In this document: positions 57,688 to 64,000 of the stretch, one piece after another
Layout of the letters: the number at the start of each line of letters is the position of its first letter
How positions within the stretch are numbered: the stretch's first letter is position 1
Notes under the pieces: generated by a model
Database searches by the model: none
Told to the model about the DNA's origin: nothing
What the model saw: only the letters and a program-made list of their open reading frames with translations
Assembly: GCA_002269645.1 (NCBI GenBank)
Contig: NIVC01000847.1
Coordinates: 1-64,000 of the forward strand
Direction of reading: 5' to 3'
Source of the DNA: Macrostomum lignano
Taxonomy: Eukaryota
Length of the DNA stretch: 64,000 bases
Made by a program: the position numbers and the translations under genes

Positions 57688-57857
57688 TGCTTGGGCCTAA
57701 CCTAGGGATTCACCTGGTCATTTCTATTGGCAACACATACATGTAAGTTGCTATTAGACGGAATAGTAGTCATGTGACTGCTCTCAGCCAATAGCGACTT
57801 ACATATGTATGTTGCCAATAGAAACAGCCAGGTGAATCTCTAGGTTGCACCCAAGCA
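57688..57857. mobile_element. 170-bp imperfect palindrome, MITE-like
   Basis: TGCTTGGG..AACCTAG.GATTCACCTGG..TTTCTATTGGCAACA mirrored at the right end; no TSD identified. Confidence 0.7.
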
Positions 57858-58579
57858 AGTAAAACTATAGCTGATGCAAGATACTTAGTCAACTATCAAA
57901 TGTTTAGCAATCTACCAACTCCTAAAGAACTAGCAAAATGGTATCTATAGGGCTGGCAATACAATGTTATACTTATACTAAAGACTAATACAAGCTACAT
58001 TGATTATATTACTTGGATCTGCAGGGTATACTATAGTATAGCCAAGTGTCCATTTGTCAGGACTTATTTTATAACTTACTTACATTACATTGCTTATACT
58101 ATAAGCAATGTAAGTTCTATAAGTCTAACAGGTAGTTATATACCATTGCAAATTTAATATCAATTGTTAAAGTTTGTAATATTTTTTGATTTACTAATGA
58201 TAGGTAATAAGTGATTAACTAATGATGACTTATTTATAATGACAGTTTTTAAAGAATAAAGAAAAAAGTGGGAGCATTAGAATTAAGTTTCTAAAATCTG
58301 CAAATGCTATATTTGTGATCATTTTGTACTATATGTATTTATCTATATGCCTTAATGATTTTTTGTTTATAATGATAATCACAATATTGTGAAATTTATT
58401 GCTTGTATATGAGTATCACTTTGATTCATTTCTTTCCTAATCTTTTGTAACCTCTACTGCCAATGCTAGTGCTATTGAAAAAATATTTAATATTTTATTT
58501 AATAATCAATTTACATTTAAGTTTTAAATAAGTTATTGCTTTCTAGTTTATACTTACTTATAGTATATATACTTATAGC

Positions 58580-59307
58580 TAGTGATAGATCAAAATTCGA
58601 TTTTGATTTCGATATTCCGAATTTCGAAACTAATTTTGCATCAAAATAATTTCAATTTCCATTTCAAATTTCGACACCATTCCTTGAAAATCATTTTGAA
58701 ATTTTGGTTATATTTTAACAATTTAGACATTGATGATCATGCTACACAAGAAAGAAAATCTATAGGAAGTGAAAGGAAGTGCGGTTCAAAGACTCAGTGG
58801 GGAGGTGAGAATTGCCTTTTCTACAAGAAAGATTGTGCGGGGCACACACTGTTCCAGGCCTTGTGCTGCACCCACCTCAACCTCCATAAGCCCACTGGCT
58901 GAACTCATCGGCGTGGATTTTAATTGGCTAAAGACTTAATGAAATGGATATAGGCTACTCGTATCTAGATCTTCAGCTTTAACAGCGGTGAAGTATAATA
59001 CAACTTCTACTATATTTCTATGTACAAGTGTATAATACATAATACACCAGCATTTTCTATTTTGTATTTTTAAAGTAAGTTAAATCTTAAGTATTCTGGT
59101 TTGAACATATCAAAGAAACTTTTTATAAAACATGTAAGCTCATACATGCAGAGGCAAGGTATGAACCTTTTTGCATGATTAGCAAAAAAGTAAAAATTTG
59201 TTAAGCTTAAAAATTTCGATTTCGATTTCAATTTCGATTTTGATTCTAAGTTACCGAAAAATTTCAATTTCAATTTCGATTTGAAAAATAATTTTGATCC
59301 ATCACTA
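58580..59307. mobile_element. hAT-type MITE, 728 bp
   Basis: 16-bp TIRs TAGTGATAGATCAAAA / TTTTGATCCATCACTA (1 mismatch); 8-bp TSD CTTATAGC; subterminal TTCGATTT repeats. Confidence 0.88.
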
Positions 59308-61403
59308 CTTATAGCTTAGAATTTTGTCCAAATTTCAAGTGTATATAATAGTTGGTTAAGAATCATTATATAGGCTTTTCATTGTATAAAAGCAGGAACT
59401 TATTAAAATGTAAATTTTAATATATAACAAGCAAAAACTAAATTCAATCATTTTAGTAATAACCATATTAGCAATAATGATTAAGCATTTAGTTTTGACT
59501 ACATTTAAAGGTATTTAACTTGATACTTTTTTAGCTTATTAATATTTATATAAGTTTTGTTTTAAAATATTGGCACATTCTAAGAGCTATACTTTATTTT
59601 GTAAAGTATCTGTTTAAATATTTGCTAAAGTGGTCAAAATATTGCCAAATATCTGTTGGCAGTCACTTTAAAATCCCCTAAAATATACTGTCACATTAAT
59701 TTAGAAATGTGTATATATGTAATCTCTAATTTATACTAGCCATATATAACTTAGTTTTGACCAGAAATCCAAATTAATTTTGCAACTAGCTGTTTTCACC
59801 TTTTGATTCTTGGGTTTGTTTTTCTTGGTTCACTTCTCTACAATTCTATTTTTGCTTCCCTATATTTTTTTCTGTCTTTCTGTCTGTTTGCCCTTTTTCC
59901 AGTTTTGGTTGTTACTTTTCCAGCTTATCCTTGGTATATCATAGTTTACATTAGCTTCATTTATTTATGCAGTTTTGTATTTGTCTAGCAAATATATTTT
60001 AGATAAAACCAACTTTATAGACATAATATTATCCTCTTTAGACAATATATTTCCTTTAGACATGAAGAACACTTAGACATAGAGAGACTTAGACAAAACA
60101 TTAAATTAATGATAGTTATCATTAAACAAAAGAAAAGTACTTATTCTCCCTTATTGGAGCAAATAGCATCTATATGGATAGCATCTTGTGCAGATAAAAA
60201 ATCAATTGGCAAGCTTGTATGTGTAGCTCTTTTAAGGAAGAGTAGTCTCCTTACGCAAATATTATGTAGCTCCTTTCTATATATTGTGAAGTGTTGAAGT
60301 GGATAAAGCAAAGTAAAGCTATTCCTATGATCTTATGTAGATCAAATATTTGTTAACTGTTTTAGTTTTAGCAATTTGTTTAAAATAATTGAAAAATATA
60401 AATACTTTGCTATAATTCATATTTTATGCAGGGTCTTATTGACAACCATATTGTTTTACAAGTAGTATGTAATTGAGTATGTAATTAAATTAGCATAATT
60501 TAATTTATTATTTAACCAATGTTTAAAAAATATATAAATTGGGTATTAATTATGTCATTTAAATATTTATCTAGATAGGAATCTCATAAAAAATTACAAA
60601 TCTGTTCAAGTTTAAATTGCAATAATTTTCTGTAAACATTCTGTAAACATATTTTTGTATAAACTGTTTATAAGTTTATTTGCAGGACAGTGGTATCTTA
60701 ATGCAGGCATTTCTCTATATGACATATTTGTTACATATACAAGTAATGCTAAATTTGGAAAGTAGAAAATTTATTTGAATATCTTAAAATTACAAATCCA
60801 TAGTCATAATTATAATGGTCAATGTTTGAATATTACCAATGTATTCATATTGTATATAGAGGTAAGACAGGATCCCAATCCTACTTCCATAATCTCAAAA
60901 TCCTTGGATGCTAGTAAATATTATTCCAGACATTGATTCTGCCCACCCAGCCTCTAATTAATGTCACAAAGCTCATTGTTCTTAGAAATCATTTAACTAT
61001 TCAATGATTGAATGGTTATATGTATACAGATAAATATTATGTACATATACTTAACTTTAATGTGCTTGTCTACTTTTTAAGTAACAATGCTAGCATTTTT
61101 AACTTTATAGTAGTAAAATAAAAAACTGAAAACAATTTACAAGACATTAGGTCTGAAATCTATATACTAAAATGGTTTGTCTCTAAGTATCTATGTGATC
61201 TACTTGTGTGTACATCGAGTTTAAATACTTAATGGGAGGCCACAACCACAAGCCCCCAGGAAGTAAAGGAAATTTTAGCTGCCACATTGAATTTAAGTGA
61301 CACTGCGCAAACAAACTACTGACAAAAGAGTAGTATATTTTAGACTAAAAAGAATCAGATTAGTAATTAGCTTCTCTTCTCTATCCAATCAAATCGAATC
61401 CAG

Positions 61404-63032
<1,629 letters not shown>

Positions 63033-64000
63033 TAGGTTATGACCTAGTTTATATACTCAACAACATTTAAAAGTGCGCAGTAAATTCTAGGTCGGTATCG
63101 ACTTTGAGCATACATGCGCCACCCCACTGATCTACACTGGTCATGCGACTTATTTTTTTTACCAAAAATGTGACTTACCTGAAAAAGAAACGCAATTTTG
63201 GGTAAACGGCAGGAGTAACTATAAATGTCTTTATTAAGATAAATGCCTCGTCACCTAATTAGTACTATCCTATTCTTTCGGGTGGGCGTTTTTATGCGAC
63301 TTACCCCTGGTCCACCACAATTCACGGTGACCGGTTCGGCCAGGTCAGCTAGCAGTTGCGCATGTATGCTTTTAAGTGACGCAACTTTTGCCACACCTTT
63401 TGCCACGGGTGAGGAGAGATTGGGAAGAGCGGAGGGCAAAGATTGGATTAATTGAAGCTTTTTAAATATCAAAATGGTTGGCCAGGTGATAGACGCTAGT
63501 CGAAAGACACTGCTTACTGGGGCAAAGGATGGCGACTTTTCAATGTTGCTGAGTGTAAATATATTCAAGACAACCAGATTTTTCTAATCTCTATTATGAA
63601 GATTAGCTTCATATTCTCTGCTCGCTACTAAGTCAGTAAGCTATCTCTGTTATAATGCACTGTGCAACAAGTCTGTTGCAAAAGCTGAGGCATGGCCATG
63701 GGTGTTTGGCCAGACCGTGCGCTACTGTCTCTTGAGCTGCTCTCGGTCTTGGCTGGTCGCGTCTCGGTAAGCAATCAACTTTAATCATTTTACTTGCTTT
63801 GCTGCCTATTCGTGACTGAATCAGGATTTTCGAGCAATTTGAGACCAGATTTGATGAGGCAATTATTTATTTACAATTGCGCTTGCTCTGTCACCATCTC
63901 CTCGGTTCTATCAGCTTAAAATTTAAGTTTGATAGTTCTGTTAAGATTGCTGCATCATTGAATAGCCTGCTAAGGTTGCAGCAGCCTGCCACGCGGTTTC

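Noticed and set aside
58582-58902. 106-aa ORF that might be a transposase remnant
   Set aside because: GTG start in the AT-rich subterminal repeats of a MITE; no transposase motifs

Overview
Eukaryotic (animal) genomic DNA. The GC-rich low-complexity exons and minisatellite-filled introns resemble a free-living flatworm such as Macrostomum; this assignment is an inference. Five host genes could be modelled by hand with phase-consistent GT-AG introns: a Gab/DOS-like PH adaptor (+, 5' end unresolved), a PP2D1-like PP2C-fold protein with substituted catalytic aspartates (+), DDX6/Me31B (+), a Dok-7-like PH-PTB adaptor with an FRS2/Gab-type tail (-), and a partial DDX5/p68 (+). The most unusual object is a 12.9-kb, apparently very young Ty3/Gypsy-type LTR element (5206-18133). 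It has 1985-bp near-identical LTRs, a 4-bp TSD, a tRNA-Leu PBS and a PPT. It keeps intact gag and protease ORFs linked by a candidate -1 frameshift signal, has no recognisable RT, RNase H or integrase, and instead carries a 363-aa ORF of unknown family plus an antisense ORF. The window also holds about 18 different tandem arrays (mostly intronic, each with its own unit), three hAT-type MITEs with 8-bp TSDs and a 170-bp palindrome. Most long ORFs in the supplied track are repeat artefacts. No tRNA, rRNA or CRISPR features were supported.
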